A stretch of 64,000 nucleotides of DNA from a virus: IMG/VR virus record IMGVR_UViG_3300023180_006024. One strand, 5' to 3'. Under the pieces are notes generated by a model. It searched no databases and was not told where the DNA came from. It saw nothing but the letters and a program-made list of their open reading frames with translations. Shown piece by piece: positions 40,840 through 51,102 of this stretch. Numbering within the stretch: position 1 is the first letter of the stretch; each line of letters begins with the position of its first letter. The position numbers and the translations under genes are program-made.

Positions 40840-41753
40840 CTGAATTTAGGGTATTAGATTATGATATAATTTACCTAAGCTATGATGAGCCAAATGCTGA
40901 AAAGAACTATGCAGACTTGTGCAAAAAGATTCCTTGGGCAAAAAGAGTACATGGTGTTAAAGGTAGCGATGCAGCACACAAAGCCTGTGCTGAGTTATCA
41001 GAATCTGATAGATTTATTACAGTTGACGGTGATAATATTATTAATCCTGACTTCTTAACAAAAAGTTTTAATTTAGATGATCACGAAGATGGACATTGGA
41101 ATAAAAATGTTAGTTTAGATGAATGTGTAATCAGTTGGAGTGCAAAAAACACAATCAACGGATTAGAGTATGGCAACGGTGGTATCAAATGCTGGCCTAA
41201 GCAAAAAGTATTAACCATGCGTACTCACGAAAATGCTGATCCTAATAATGCACATGCACAAGTTGATTTTTGTTGGGATATTGAATACATTCAGATGAAT
41301 GGTTGTTATAGTGAAATAATGAATAACGGATCTCCTCAACAAGCATGGAGAGCAGGTTTTCGTGAAGGTGTAAAGATGGCACTTGATAGAGGACTAAAGC
41401 CGACAGTAGAAGAGTTTCAGAAGAATCATTGGAAGAACTTGCATAGATTATATGTTTGGTTAATGGTAGGTGCAGATGTTGAAAACGGTGATTGGGCAAC
41501 CTATGGTGCAAGAGAAGGCTTGTATAAAACTATGTGTACTGATTGGGACTTTGTAAATGTGCGTGACTTTGATTGGTTAAATGAATATTGGGATAATAAA
41601 GATATTTCAGATATTGATCAACAATCACAAGAACTTGGATACAAGTTGATCGAAGAACTTGAGTTGCCTATTGCTGCTGAGCCATTAAACGGCAATCAAA
41701 GTTTGTTCTTTAAAACTGTATACACCAATCCGCCTAGAACAGCAAAGAGATAA
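40836..41753 (+). CDS. GT-A fold glycosyltransferase-like protein
   Basis: LSYDEPNA...RVHGVKG...AH...FITVDGDN (DxD)...NGLEYGNGG...AWRAGFRE. Confidence 0.65.
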   Translation: MTEFRVLDYDIIYLSYDEPNAEKNYADLCKKIPWAKRVHGVKGSDAAHKACAELSESDRFITVDGDNIINPDFLTKSFNLDDHEDGHWNKNVSLDECVISWSAKNTINGLEYGNGGIKCWPKQKVLTMRTHENADPNNAHAQVDFCWDIEYIQMNGCYSEIMNNGSPQQAWRAGFREGVKMALDRGLKPTVEEFQKNHWKNLHRLYVWLMVGADVENGDWATYGAREGLYKTMCTDWDFVNVRDFDWLNEYWDNKDISDIDQQSQELGYKLIEELELPIAAEPLNGNQSLFFKTVYTNPPRTAKR

Positions 41754-41754
41754 T

Positions 41755-43137
41755 ATGTCAGAAAACACAGACAAGTTAAAAAGTATTAATGCTATTACTA
41801 CACGGCATTTTTCACCTACATTTTGTTTTGCAAAATGGTACCATACAACAATATATTTGCAAACAGGTGAAACACACAGTTGTTATCACCCTGCTCCGCA
41901 TCAGATTGATGTTGACGAGCTCCTAACCAATCCTAGTGCGTTACATAATACAAAGCAAAAAAAGCAAGAACGCAGAGAGATGTTAGAAGGCAAACAATGC
42001 AATGGTTGTAACTATTGCTGGAATATTGAAAACATGGGCGACGATTATATTAGTGATCGACATATACGTAGTGGTAGTATTTACAGCGAAGAAAGATTAC
42101 AAGAAGTAAAGTTTAATCCTTGGGACTTTAATGTTAATCCTGAATACATTGAGATTTCGTTTGGTAACGAATGCAACTTCCGTTGTGGGTATTGTCACCC
42201 GAAAGCCAGCAGTAGATATTATAACGAAATACGACAGCACGGTCCGTATGATATGGTTAAAAATCACAGAAATGATATTGATTGGTTCCGTGTATACGAA
42301 GAAGATCGCAACCCTTATTTACGTGCTTGGTGGAAATGGTGGCCCGAAGTTAGCAAGACACTGAACATTTTGCGTGTTACTGGCGGAGAGCCTACAATAC
42401 AAAAAAGCACATACAGGTTGTTTGATGAACTTGAAAAGGATCCAAAGCCGCATCTTGAACTTAATGTAAACAGTAACTTAGGCGGTAAAGAAAAACAACT
42501 TGAAAAGTTTACCGATAATGTTAATAGTTTATTAAGCCAAAATAAAATCAAAGCATTTAAACTTTTTAGCAGTATTGATACTTGGGGCAATCGTGCAGAG
42601 TATATTCGTGACGGATTAGATATTGAAGTTTTTGAACGTAACCTAGATTACTTTATGCGCAATACAACTGCACCGGTGACATTTATGATTACGTTTAGTC
42701 TTTTTAGTGTAACAACATTTGAAACACTACTTGAAAAAATGTTAGAATGGCGCCGTAAATACAACGATGTTAACAGTGGTAGATGGCAAAGAATACATTT
42801 CGATACACCATATCTAAAAGAACCTTTGCAATATGATATAAATATTTTGCCCAAAGAACAATACTTACCTTACATGGAAAAGCATTTACAGTTTATCAAA
42901 GATAATGTGCAAGAAGGTAGTAAACATCATTTTAGTGAACTAGAGTATGAAAAGTTTCGCAGGGTAGTTGATTATATGAAAACTACTCAATACACACCTG
43001 ATAGAGTTAGAGAAGGACGTAGAGACTTTTGGAACTTTTTTAAAGAACAAGATCGCAGACGTAATCTTGACTTTGAAGCTACCTTTCCTGAAATGAATGA
43101 CTTTTTTGAGTTGTGTAAGGAAGCTAATGGATTTTGA
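41755..43137 (+). CDS. radical SAM enzyme with N-terminal SPASM/twitch-like Cys domain
   Basis: CNFRCGYC, TGGEP; N-terminal FC..KW...SCYH...CNYC; C-terminal D..R...F...FPE. Confidence 0.9.
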   Translation: MSENTDKLKSINAITTRHFSPTFCFAKWYHTTIYLQTGETHSCYHPAPHQIDVDELLTNPSALHNTKQKKQERREMLEGKQCNGCNYCWNIENMGDDYISDRHIRSGSIYSEERLQEVKFNPWDFNVNPEYIEISFGNECNFRCGYCHPKASSRYYNEIRQHGPYDMVKNHRNDIDWFRVYEEDRNPYLRAWWKWWPEVSKTLNILRVTGGEPTIQKSTYRLFDELEKDPKPHLELNVNSNLGGKEKQLEKFTDNVNSLLSQNKIKAFKLFSSIDTWGNRAEYIRDGLDIEVFERNLDYFMRNTTAPVTFMITFSLFSVTTFETLLEKMLEWRRKYNDVNSGRWQRIHFDTPYLKEPLQYDINILPKEQYLPYMEKHLQFIKDNVQEGSKHHFSELEYEKFRRVVDYMKTTQYTPDRVREGRRDFWNFFKEQDRRRNLDFEATFPEMNDFFELCKEANGF

Positions 43138-44356
43138 TAAAGAAAAGTTATTGAACAGTAAAACGTTTTGTATGTTTCCGTGGATACATATGAATGTTAC
43201 GCCAAAAGGAGATGTATATCCTTGTTGTAGCAGTGATTATACAGATCCGTTTGATAATGTAAAAAATAAACCTTTGTCTGAAATATTCAACGATGATTTG
43301 ATGCGTGAACTGCGTTTGCGTATGCTCAATGATGAAAAAAGTAGTATTTGTGAATATTGTTACAAACATGAGAAAAGTTCACCTTTTAGTTTTAGAACTT
43401 ATAGTTTGGAAAACTTTAGCAAATATTTTGACGAAGTTGTTCCTACTACACAAGAAGACGGAACTGTACCTGAGTTTAAAATGAGATACTTTGATGTCCG
43501 TTTCAGTAATATTTGTAACTTTAAATGTAGAACATGTGGAGCAGAATTTAGCAGTCAGTGGGCACAAGAAATGAAACAGCACGATCATGTTCCGCCTAAC
43601 TATAGGATTATAAATCATGCAGATTCTAGTGGAAAACTTTTAGAAGAAATCAAGTCACAAGTTTGTCATATGGATATGGCATATTTTGCAGGTGGCGAAC
43701 CCTTAATCACTGATGAACATTATCAAATATTAGAAGCCATGATCGAAGGTGGTTATAACAAACAAATCACATTACGTTACAACACAAACATGAGTAACTT
43801 TAAATATAAGAAATATGATGTTCTAGATTTATGGAGCCGATTTAAAAAAGTTGAAATCAGTGCCAGTTTAGATCATTACGGTAAACGTGCTGAATACTTG
43901 CGACATGGAACAGACTGGGGAGTAGTTGAAGAAAATCTAAAAAGTATTAGAAACTTAGATTTTATTGATTATCAGTTTAACACTGTATTGAGCGTATTTA
44001 ACTATAGAACACTAGCAGATTTCTTTACATACCTAATGGAAAAAGATTTATTTAGACATAAAGATAGTATTAGTATATATAGGGCTATTACACCTAGTTA
44101 TTTTTGTGCCCATGCAATGCCAAAAAATCTTAAAGAAATCGGAAATAGCAATAATCAAAAGTTATATAACTTTATGCAAAACGATAACTGGTGGCCTGCT
44201 TTACACGTCAAAGATGCAGTAAGTTTTGCAAATGAGCAAGATACATGGGACGAACAAAAAGAACAGTTTCAACATCATATACAAAGACGTGACGAAATAC
44301 GCAACGAAGATTTTTGTAAAACCTTTCCAGAACTTGCGGAGATGATGGATGGATAA
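43127..44356 (+). CDS. radical SAM enzyme with N-terminal SPASM/twitch-like Cys domain
   Basis: CNFKCRTC, AGGEP, YNTN; N-terminal FCMFPW...GDVYPCC...CEYC. Start moved to ATG 43127 (AAGGAAG RBS). Confidence 0.9.
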   Translation: MDFDKEKLLNSKTFCMFPWIHMNVTPKGDVYPCCSSDYTDPFDNVKNKPLSEIFNDDLMRELRLRMLNDEKSSICEYCYKHEKSSPFSFRTYSLENFSKYFDEVVPTTQEDGTVPEFKMRYFDVRFSNICNFKCRTCGAEFSSQWAQEMKQHDHVPPNYRIINHADSSGKLLEEIKSQVCHMDMAYFAGGEPLITDEHYQILEAMIEGGYNKQITLRYNTNMSNFKYKKYDVLDLWSRFKKVEISASLDHYGKRAEYLRHGTDWGVVEENLKSIRNLDFIDYQFNTVLSVFNYRTLADFFTYLMEKDLFRHKDSISIYRAITPSYFCAHAMPKNLKEIGNSNNQKLYNFMQNDNWWPALHVKDAVSFANEQDTWDEQKEQFQHHIQRRDEIRNEDFCKTFPELAEMMDG

Positions 44357-45632
44357 AGAACATTTATTAAAAGAAAACAAGGCATTTTGTATATTGCCAT
44401 GGATTCATATGCATGCCTGGCCTGACGGAAGAGTTATGCCTTGTTGTATTGCTGACAGTGATCAACCATTTGCAAATCTTAAACAAAGTAGTATCGAAGA
44501 AGCCTGGAATAGTGACAGGTATAAAGAACTACGTCTTGCAATGCTTAATGGAGAACGTTTAGATTGTTGTAGACGTTGCTATGAGTTAGAAGATAGAACA
44601 TATGTGTGGACATTACGGAAAAATCACAATCATTGGTATGGAGACAAGCATTTTGATCTTGTAAGACAAACCAACGATGATGGTAGTATTGATGAAATGC
44701 GTATGGTATACCTTGATGTACGCTTTAGCAATATATGTAATATGAAATGTCGTAGTTGTGGACCAGAACTTAGTAGTTTACATGCTAAAGAACATGGCGA
44801 GTTATATGGTAAACATGAAGTTGCAAATATTCTTAATAACGACGGCGAGATTATTATTAATATTGCAAAACAAAATAACTTCTGGGAAGACTTGCAAAAA
44901 TATTTGCCAGACTGTGAAGAAGTATATTTTGCTGGAGGTGAAGCACTTATCACCGAAGAACATTACAAAATACTAGACAAGTGGCTTGAAACTAACAAAA
45001 CAGATGTAGCTTTACGCTACACAACTAACTTTAGTAACTTCAAGTACAAACGTAAAAGTATACTTGAGTATTGGAAACAGTTTAGAGATATACATGTTAG
45101 TGCAAGTTTGGATTGTAATGGTGCAAGAGCAGAATACAGTAGACACGGCACAGATTGGAATGTAATCGAACAGAACCGTTTACAGATGATGGAAGAAGTT
45201 CCTCATGTGCATTTTGAGTTAACTCCTACCATAAGTTTATATAATGTTTGGAACTGGCCCGATTTCCATATGGATTGGGTTGAAAGAGGACTTGTTGATA
45301 TTGAGAATTGTAGATTAAACATGCTTACTGGGCCTGACTTTATGCGTGTTGATTATATACCCGAACATTACAAACAAGAGTTACGTGCAAAATATATCGA
45401 TTACAAAGCCTGGGCATTTGATAAAATCAAAGATAGAGCAGTTGCAAAACCTGAAATAATCAAAGATGTAATAGGCAAAATTGATAGTGTAATACAGTTT
45501 TTTAATGCAGGCACACTCAACGAAGATAAACTTAAACAGTTTTTTGAAAACAATCATCGTCTTGATCAATACAGAGGTGAAGATTTTTGGAGTACATTTC
45601 CTGAAATGGAGTGGTTAAGAAGTTATGTCTAA
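44349..45632 (+). CDS. radical SAM enzyme with N-terminal SPASM/twitch-like Cys domain
   Basis: CNMKCRSC, AGGEA; N-terminal FCILPW...GRVMPCC...CRRC. Confidence 0.9.
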   Translation: MDKEHLLKENKAFCILPWIHMHAWPDGRVMPCCIADSDQPFANLKQSSIEEAWNSDRYKELRLAMLNGERLDCCRRCYELEDRTYVWTLRKNHNHWYGDKHFDLVRQTNDDGSIDEMRMVYLDVRFSNICNMKCRSCGPELSSLHAKEHGELYGKHEVANILNNDGEIIINIAKQNNFWEDLQKYLPDCEEVYFAGGEALITEEHYKILDKWLETNKTDVALRYTTNFSNFKYKRKSILEYWKQFRDIHVSASLDCNGARAEYSRHGTDWNVIEQNRLQMMEEVPHVHFELTPTISLYNVWNWPDFHMDWVERGLVDIENCRLNMLTGPDFMRVDYIPEHYKQELRAKYIDYKAWAFDKIKDRAVAKPEIIKDVIGKIDSVIQFFNAGTLNEDKLKQFFENNHRLDQYRGEDFWSTFPEMEWLRSYV

Positions 45633-46587
45633 GTTACTCAAAATCACTCCAATGGCAGAGCCTTACGCATGTATTACTTGGCAAGTCAACAACTTTTGTA
45701 ACTTTCAATGTACATATTGCAATCCTGGTAACTGGGCAGGCGATGTAAGAAACAATGGTAATCTAGATCAGTATATTGAAAATGTAACAAAAATATTTCA
45801 AACGTACAAAGATAAAGGTTACAAATATTTTAAAATATTCTATAGTGGCGGCGAACCTACTCATTGGGAAAACTTTATTCCTCTTACAGAATATTTAAAA
45901 GACTGGTTAGGAGATACTCTAACAGTTAGTGTTAATACAAACTTATCTCGTCCTGTAAAATATTGGCAACAACATCATCATTTATTTGATGATATTATTG
46001 CAAGTTTTCATATTGAGTTCAGTAAAAAAGATAGATATATTGAAAATGCAAAGTTTTTGTGCGACAAAGTAAACTATTTGTGTACAAAAATGCTGATGCA
46101 CGAAGAACGCTTTTGGGAGATTGTTGAGTTTGGAAATCGGGTAAGAGAAGAAGTACCAAACTATAACTTAGAATGGACACCTCTGTTTGATGAAATGAGT
46201 GTGAATGCAGGACCTTGGGAGTACAGTGATCCTGAAAAAGTAAAGTTTTTAGAAGAAGCACAGTTTGAAACTGTTGAAAAACTTCCCAAGCCTTACAATC
46301 CAAACAAAGCTGTAAGCATGGCACATTATACTGATACTATTGAACCTATTAACAGTAACAAGATTATTGCTGCTAGACAAAACTTTTTTAAAGGATGGAA
46401 ATGTTTTGTAGATGATGCACTGTTTATTAATCCTAGAGGGGAAATCAGCAGTGCAAGTTGTGGTGTAGGACGAAATCATGGTAATATTTTACAAAAAAAC
46501 TTGCAATTTACTACAAGACCTGTTATATGTAGTAAAGAGCATTGTCATTGCGGAACTGATATTATTATACCAAAAGAACGATTATGA
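45625..46587 (+). CDS. radical SAM enzyme with C-terminal Cys cluster
   Basis: CNFQCTYC, SGGEPT, NTN; C-terminal GWKC...SC...CSKEHCHC. Confidence 0.9.
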   Translation: MSKLLKITPMAEPYACITWQVNNFCNFQCTYCNPGNWAGDVRNNGNLDQYIENVTKIFQTYKDKGYKYFKIFYSGGEPTHWENFIPLTEYLKDWLGDTLTVSVNTNLSRPVKYWQQHHHLFDDIIASFHIEFSKKDRYIENAKFLCDKVNYLCTKMLMHEERFWEIVEFGNRVREEVPNYNLEWTPLFDEMSVNAGPWEYSDPEKVKFLEEAQFETVEKLPKPYNPNKAVSMAHYTDTIEPINSNKIIAARQNFFKGWKCFVDDALFINPRGEISSASCGVGRNHGNILQKNLQFTTRPVICSKEHCHCGTDIIIPKERL

Positions 46588-47234
46588 ATATAGAAGAATG
46601 GCAAATATTTTATAAGTATCAAAACAGAGGAATGGTACGTCCTAACATTGTTTATGTTCCTCGCATTAGTCCAAATAAAAGCATATTTTGTATGCAATAT
46701 CAATATGATCGCAGATACTTTTTTGATAGAGCAGGATATACCCAAGCGCATATCGATTTCTTTTTTGAAAATGAATGCAAATGGCTAGAGCATGTTCAAA
46801 AAGAAAAGTTTGCTCCAGAGATTATTGATATCGATAAAAAGAAACAACTGATATTTTTCAAATGGTATGATACAAGTTTAAATCATTTAATAGAAAAAGC
46901 CAAATGGAAGAATGATTACACAAATAAAGTAAATGATGTTCTTGATGCATTAGAAAAACATAATATGATTAAAATGAACTTTTATCCTCATAATGCATAT
47001 TTAGATGATAATGATAATGTACGCATACATGATTTTTATGCATGTGCTAGTTTAAACTCTCCTTATATCCATATGGATAAAATTGAAGTTATTTTAGGTA
47101 ATATCAACAAGTTTTATTATGAAAGACATACAACTGACGGATTAGTAAATCTCAAAGATATGTATATTGAAGTTATTAAAAATAATAGAGGAGAATGGCC
47201 AGTTTGTCTAACTACAAATTTACAAACTTACTAA
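46584..47234 (+). CDS. protein-kinase/APH-fold protein (possibly catalytically atypical)
   Basis: FFENE, FAPEIIDID, KMNFYPHN (catalytic-loop position), IHDFY (DFG-like). Confidence 0.5.
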   Translation: MNIEEWQIFYKYQNRGMVRPNIVYVPRISPNKSIFCMQYQYDRRYFFDRAGYTQAHIDFFFENECKWLEHVQKEKFAPEIIDIDKKKQLIFFKWYDTSLNHLIEKAKWKNDYTNKVNDVLDALEKHNMIKMNFYPHNAYLDDNDNVRIHDFYACASLNSPYIHMDKIEVILGNINKFYYERHTTDGLVNLKDMYIEVIKNNRGEWPVCLTTNLQTY

Positions 47235-47953
47235 TAAACGGGTGTAGTCATTCTGCAGGTAGTGAAATATTTAGAAGTGGACTAGGAGATCACCCAGAAA
47301 ACAGGAAAAGATCTTTTGGAGCAAAGTTTGCTAATAGGCTAGGAGTATCCAAAGTTGATCTAAGTGTACCTGGTGCAAGCAACGATTATATTGCAAGAAC
47401 AACTTTATTTTATATATTAGATAATCCTAGACGTGCAAAAAATACACTGTTTCTTATACATTGGACAGGAGAACATAGAACAGAAATGTTTTATGATACA
47501 CCTGATGACAGTGGAAATGATGTATATGATTATGTAGATTATACACCTGATAAGCAATCAGGTCATGTGCATCATGATCATAGTAGTAAGCTATTTCCAA
47601 GAAAGTTTAACAATAATCAAAAAGTTCTACGTAAACATTTATTTTATAATTCTACGCATTGGTATGTGCAAAGATATTTGAATATTATACAAACACAGGC
47701 AAATATACAAAATATCGGAGCTCAGTTTATTTTTGCAAATGCTTTCCAAGCCTGTAAAATAGGAGGCAGATATCAGTTTTATAGAAACAAAGTCGATAGG
47801 ACTAGATTTAAAAACTTTGATAAGCCAGAAGAAAGTTTTTGGGAACATTGCAAGAGCCGCGGGTTTGATATTAGCGGACAAAAGTATTGGCACCATAAAG
47901 AAGATGCACACCAATACTGGGCAGATAAACTATTCGATGATTATTTCACCTAG
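47195..47953 (+). CDS. SGNH/GDSL-like hydrolase or acyltransferase (GCS variant)
   Basis: NGCSHSAG block I, PGASN block II, C-terminal WHH...AH..WA. Confidence 0.6.
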   Translation: MASLSNYKFTNLLINGCSHSAGSEIFRSGLGDHPENRKRSFGAKFANRLGVSKVDLSVPGASNDYIARTTLFYILDNPRRAKNTLFLIHWTGEHRTEMFYDTPDDSGNDVYDYVDYTPDKQSGHVHHDHSSKLFPRKFNNNQKVLRKHLFYNSTHWYVQRYLNIIQTQANIQNIGAQFIFANAFQACKIGGRYQFYRNKVDRTRFKNFDKPEESFWEHCKSRGFDISGQKYWHHKEDAHQYWADKLFDDYFT

Positions 47954-49261
47954 TTCCGCATTTATTCTGTTGTAAAAGTCTGGTATCAGTTTTATTTGAT
48001 TATGATTGTGTACTAGTATTTCTTCCATATCCTCATACATAAGCCTCATTTCTTCGATTGTAAATGAATCTATGTATTCAATTGTTTCGCATATCCTTGC
48101 AAGTCTATCTTTGTTGCTTATAATATCATCATAATCTTCTGGCCAATACTTGTCAAATGTTTTAAATCCCATATCTTTAAGCATTTGCAAAACACCTGGT
48201 GCCCCGCACAATAAAAATGGTCTGTAACTTTTGATAGCATTGAGTGTTTTTTCACTTATGTTAGGCCATGGTTGTGTAACACGACTTTCTTGCACAATAG
48301 CACAAAAACTTTCAAAATATGTATCTGTAGGATCGTGCGTAGTTCTTGCGTTGCCGCCTGCGTCTTCTGGTTCTATACTATCATTTGGTCCTTTTTTTGT
48401 AGGGTTATTGACAGCAAAACTTAGTGGAACTTTTTGTTGCAATATATCATTGCCTAGCAGTAATGTTTTAGATAGTGTTGGATGACGCAGTTCAAACTCT
48501 TTCCAAGAAAACCACATTCTACGTTTCATGTCTTCATTTGTCATTCCAAAATAAAAACTAACATTGTTAGTATCTATCATATTTTTTCCTGCTAAAAACG
48601 CAGTGATAAAATGTCTACTTGGATCATAACGCCATGCTCCGCTCCAAAACTTTTTTTGTATTTTTTCGGGAAAAAACTCAGGAGGCATTTCTTCTCTATT
48701 TTGGATAAAGTTTTTTCTGTCTCTAAGTTTTACATGACATGTCCACCATTCAACAAAAAGGTCCATAGACAATAGTTTTAGATTTGGATATTTTGGTTGA
48801 TAATATTCCCAACATTTATAATCTGTGCAATATACGTTTACATTTTCAAATCCATGACGCCCTGCCCATTCGTTTAAACTGTCGAGTTCGTATGCTCTAA
48901 TATCTTTAAGTTCGTCGGGTGAGTTGTCTATTTTTAATATATGAGGTTGTTTGTATTTTTCAGGATTGTATTTGTAGTGTGTAAGAGGTTCATAAAAATA
49001 AAATCCTAAAGTTTTACTTGCTAATATTTTTCTATGTTGTTCGGTGATAATCAAACTATCTAAATAGTCAATAGTGTGTGTACCGTTGAATACAGCAATA
49101 GGATGACTACTGTCAGTTATATTTGATTCTCGTATTAAATCAACAAGTTGTTCTATTTTGCTGATATCTTGCATAGATCGTCTTTCGCCATTACTTCCAA
49201 TAAGTTCGGGCAAAAGATTATTTTTTGGTCTAAAATATATTCCCATAAACCAGTTTGACAA
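47930..49261 (-). CDS. GT10/GT-B-like glycosyltransferase-related protein
   Basis: IVQES...NISEKTLNAI...PFLLCG...L..LK.MGFKTF..YW.E.YD resembles the GT10 E..TEK...P...G motif. Confidence 0.5.
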   Translation of the reverse strand: MSNWFMGIYFRPKNNLLPELIGSNGERRSMQDISKIEQLVDLIRESNITDSSHPIAVFNGTHTIDYLDSLIITEQHRKILASKTLGFYFYEPLTHYKYNPEKYKQPHILKIDNSPDELKDIRAYELDSLNEWAGRHGFENVNVYCTDYKCWEYYQPKYPNLKLLSMDLFVEWWTCHVKLRDRKNFIQNREEMPPEFFPEKIQKKFWSGAWRYDPSRHFITAFLAGKNMIDTNNVSFYFGMTNEDMKRRMWFSWKEFELRHPTLSKTLLLGNDILQQKVPLSFAVNNPTKKGPNDSIEPEDAGGNARTTHDPTDTYFESFCAIVQESRVTQPWPNISEKTLNAIKSYRPFLLCGAPGVLQMLKDMGFKTFDKYWPEDYDDIISNKDRLARICETIEYIDSFTIEEMRLMYEDMEEILVHNHNQIKLIPDFYNRINAELGEIIIE

Positions 49262-49281
49262 GTTTTTGTATCCTTTAGCAT

Positions 49282-49302
49282 TAAATATATTAGATATTTA
49301 TA
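49282..49302. promoter_or_regulatory. divergent late-promoter pair
   Basis: Plus-strand TAAATA 49282-87 and minus-strand TATAAATA 49302-49295 between divergent genes. Confidence 0.55.
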
Positions 49303-49312
49303 GGAACATTTT

Positions 49313-50101
49313 ATGGAAGTACATGATAACGGTTTGTTGATAAATCCTGAGCGTATAAATCAAACTATGGCATTTATGGGTCCAGAAGAAGAAGAAGCGT
49401 TTAAAAAAGAGTGTGAAAGAAACCCAGAATGGGAATGGGCAAATCTTCCTATCGAATATAAGTTTAATGAATTTGGGCATAGGACAAAATCTTTAAAAGA
49501 TTTGAGTCCTGGGTTTATGATGACATTTGGTTGTAGTTATACCGAAGGTGTTGGATTACGTCACGAAGACACATGGTCTTGGAAAGTAGCCGAAGCAAGA
49601 TGTACAGATGTATATAACGCAGCAGCACAAGGAACAGGTTGCGATGTAGCATGTTATCAAGCATCACAATGGATTAAAAACGGATTTCCTATTCCACACC
49701 TAGTTATTGTTCAGTGGCCTGCACATACAAGAAAAAGTTTTGTTCTAAATAAAGATGATCATTTCGGTTTTAAAGATATGGCCGAAGATAACGGTATTGA
49801 TGGCAAATGGTATAGACGAAGATATATTATGGACGAGGGTGAGTGTATCTGGAACAATCGTTTGTGGTTTGATCATTTTAATCTGTTATGGAAAAGTGTT
49901 GGTGTTCCTGTGCTTAACTTCACATGGGAAATGGATTATCAACCTATACTTAGAAGTCCTTATCAAGTTTGGCCTATTAGATGTAAAAATGGTAGTATGA
50001 AAGCAAGAGACCTAATGCATGATGGCATCGAGTGGCATCAAGAAACTGCTAATAAAATTTTACCGTTGTTAGATTTACCCGACTTCACGAACAAGATCTA
50101 G
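49313..50101 (+). CDS. SGNH/GDSL-like protein (GCS variant)
   Basis: YKFNEFGHR, FGCSYTEGVG, N.A..G.G, ARDLMH (DxxH). Confidence 0.65.
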   Translation: MEVHDNGLLINPERINQTMAFMGPEEEEAFKKECERNPEWEWANLPIEYKFNEFGHRTKSLKDLSPGFMMTFGCSYTEGVGLRHEDTWSWKVAEARCTDVYNAAAQGTGCDVACYQASQWIKNGFPIPHLVIVQWPAHTRKSFVLNKDDHFGFKDMAEDNGIDGKWYRRRYIMDEGECIWNNRLWFDHFNLLWKSVGVPVLNFTWEMDYQPILRSPYQVWPIRCKNGSMKARDLMHDGIEWHQETANKILPLLDLPDFTNKI

Positions 50102-51082
50102 TGTGCAACAATGAAAACACCCACCTAGTGTTCTAGCATGACGCAATGGTAGCATAGCACATTCTATTCCATGTGCTTCTAATGCTTTACGAGTTGGCTC
50201 TTGATGTTCTTCTAATACAACCAAGTTTGGATTTACACTAAACAAGTTAACATTCCACGTCCATATACTACTATTACATAGTCCTGGATAGTGTCCAGCA
50301 TCAACAGGGTCTGGTGCCCAAATAATATCCCAATCGTTAAAAGGAGCAGGTAAAACATCTTTGTCTTTAATACGACTTGGATTAGCTAAAAGCAGTCCTT
50401 CACGAAGGAAAGCAACGGTGCTATCTATATGCATGTAACTATACACATTTTCAAGTCTGTGCACACGTACATCTCCTGGTTCCATAAAATCGTATCTTGG
50501 TTTATTAATAAAATCTTGTAAATATGCAGCACCTGCTTTGTTACCACTATTGCTGACCAAGTACAAAATGTCATCATTTGCACGTATAGCATTAGCAGCG
50601 TCAAAACAAGGTGCTACTTCAGTGAGGGCAAGACGATCAGGATCGCCTACACAAGTTTCATCGTACAGGTTAGTTCGATCAATCCGATGAGACATATTAA
50701 CACCTGCTATGTGAGGGAGCATGTGATGAAACTCGTTGGTTCTTGCTGTTAAACTCATAGGGGCAGCAAGTAGTTTTTGGCCATGAACAAATACAGTATC
50801 ACGTGGGCAATAGTTGTAATATTCAACATCTGGTGTACGTTTAGGTCTTACAACTTCAACGCCTTCACCTTCTAAAAATTTTACAAACGTTTCAAGATCT
50901 TCGTTGCTTTCTTCTACAACTTGATCTGGATATAAACCAGCCTTGATATCGCTTACATCTTTTTTGTCTGCATAGTTGATACAACGTAAACTTATATCCA
51001 TTTCGGGAATACGGCAATAATCGGCTACGCCAACTACAACCTTCTTTAGTGGATCCCACTCATTAGTGCTATAAATATTCAT
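50075..51082 (-). CDS. amidinotransferase (glycine / inosamine-phosphate amidinotransferase family)
   Basis: NEWDPLKKVVVG, CPRD, FDAA, HIDST, C-terminal GGCFHCCTLDL with the catalytic Cys/His/Asp residues. Confidence 0.9.
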   Translation of the reverse strand: MNIYSTNEWDPLKKVVVGVADYCRIPEMDISLRCINYADKKDVSDIKAGLYPDQVVEESNEDLETFVKFLEGEGVEVVRPKRTPDVEYYNYCPRDTVFVHGQKLLAAPMSLTARTNEFHHMLPHIAGVNMSHRIDRTNLYDETCVGDPDRLALTEVAPCFDAANAIRANDDILYLVSNSGNKAGAAYLQDFINKPRYDFMEPGDVRVHRLENVYSYMHIDSTVAFLREGLLLANPSRIKDKDVLPAPFNDWDIIWAPDPVDAGHYPGLCNSSIWTWNVNLFSVNPNLVVLEEHQEPTRKALEAHGIECAMLPLRHARTLGGCFHCCTLDLVREVG

Positions 51083-51092
51083 ACTATATTTA
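51070..51092. promoter_or_regulatory. divergent late-promoter pair
   Basis: Plus-strand TATAAATA 51070-77 (inside the first codons of the opposite gene); minus-strand TAAATA 51092-87, 4 nt before the amidinotransferase ATG. Confidence 0.6.
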
Positions 51093-51102
51093 AGGATTAT
51101 AT

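Noticed and set aside
49153-49281. 42-aa Cys-containing minus-strand ORF (MLKDTKTCQTGLWEY...) downstream of TATAAATA as a RiPP precursor for the radical SAMs
   Set aside because: It overlaps the 443-aa gene out of frame and has no clear RBS, and I saw no RiPP recognition element, peptidase or transporter in the window. No convincing precursor peptide was found, though one could lie outside the window.
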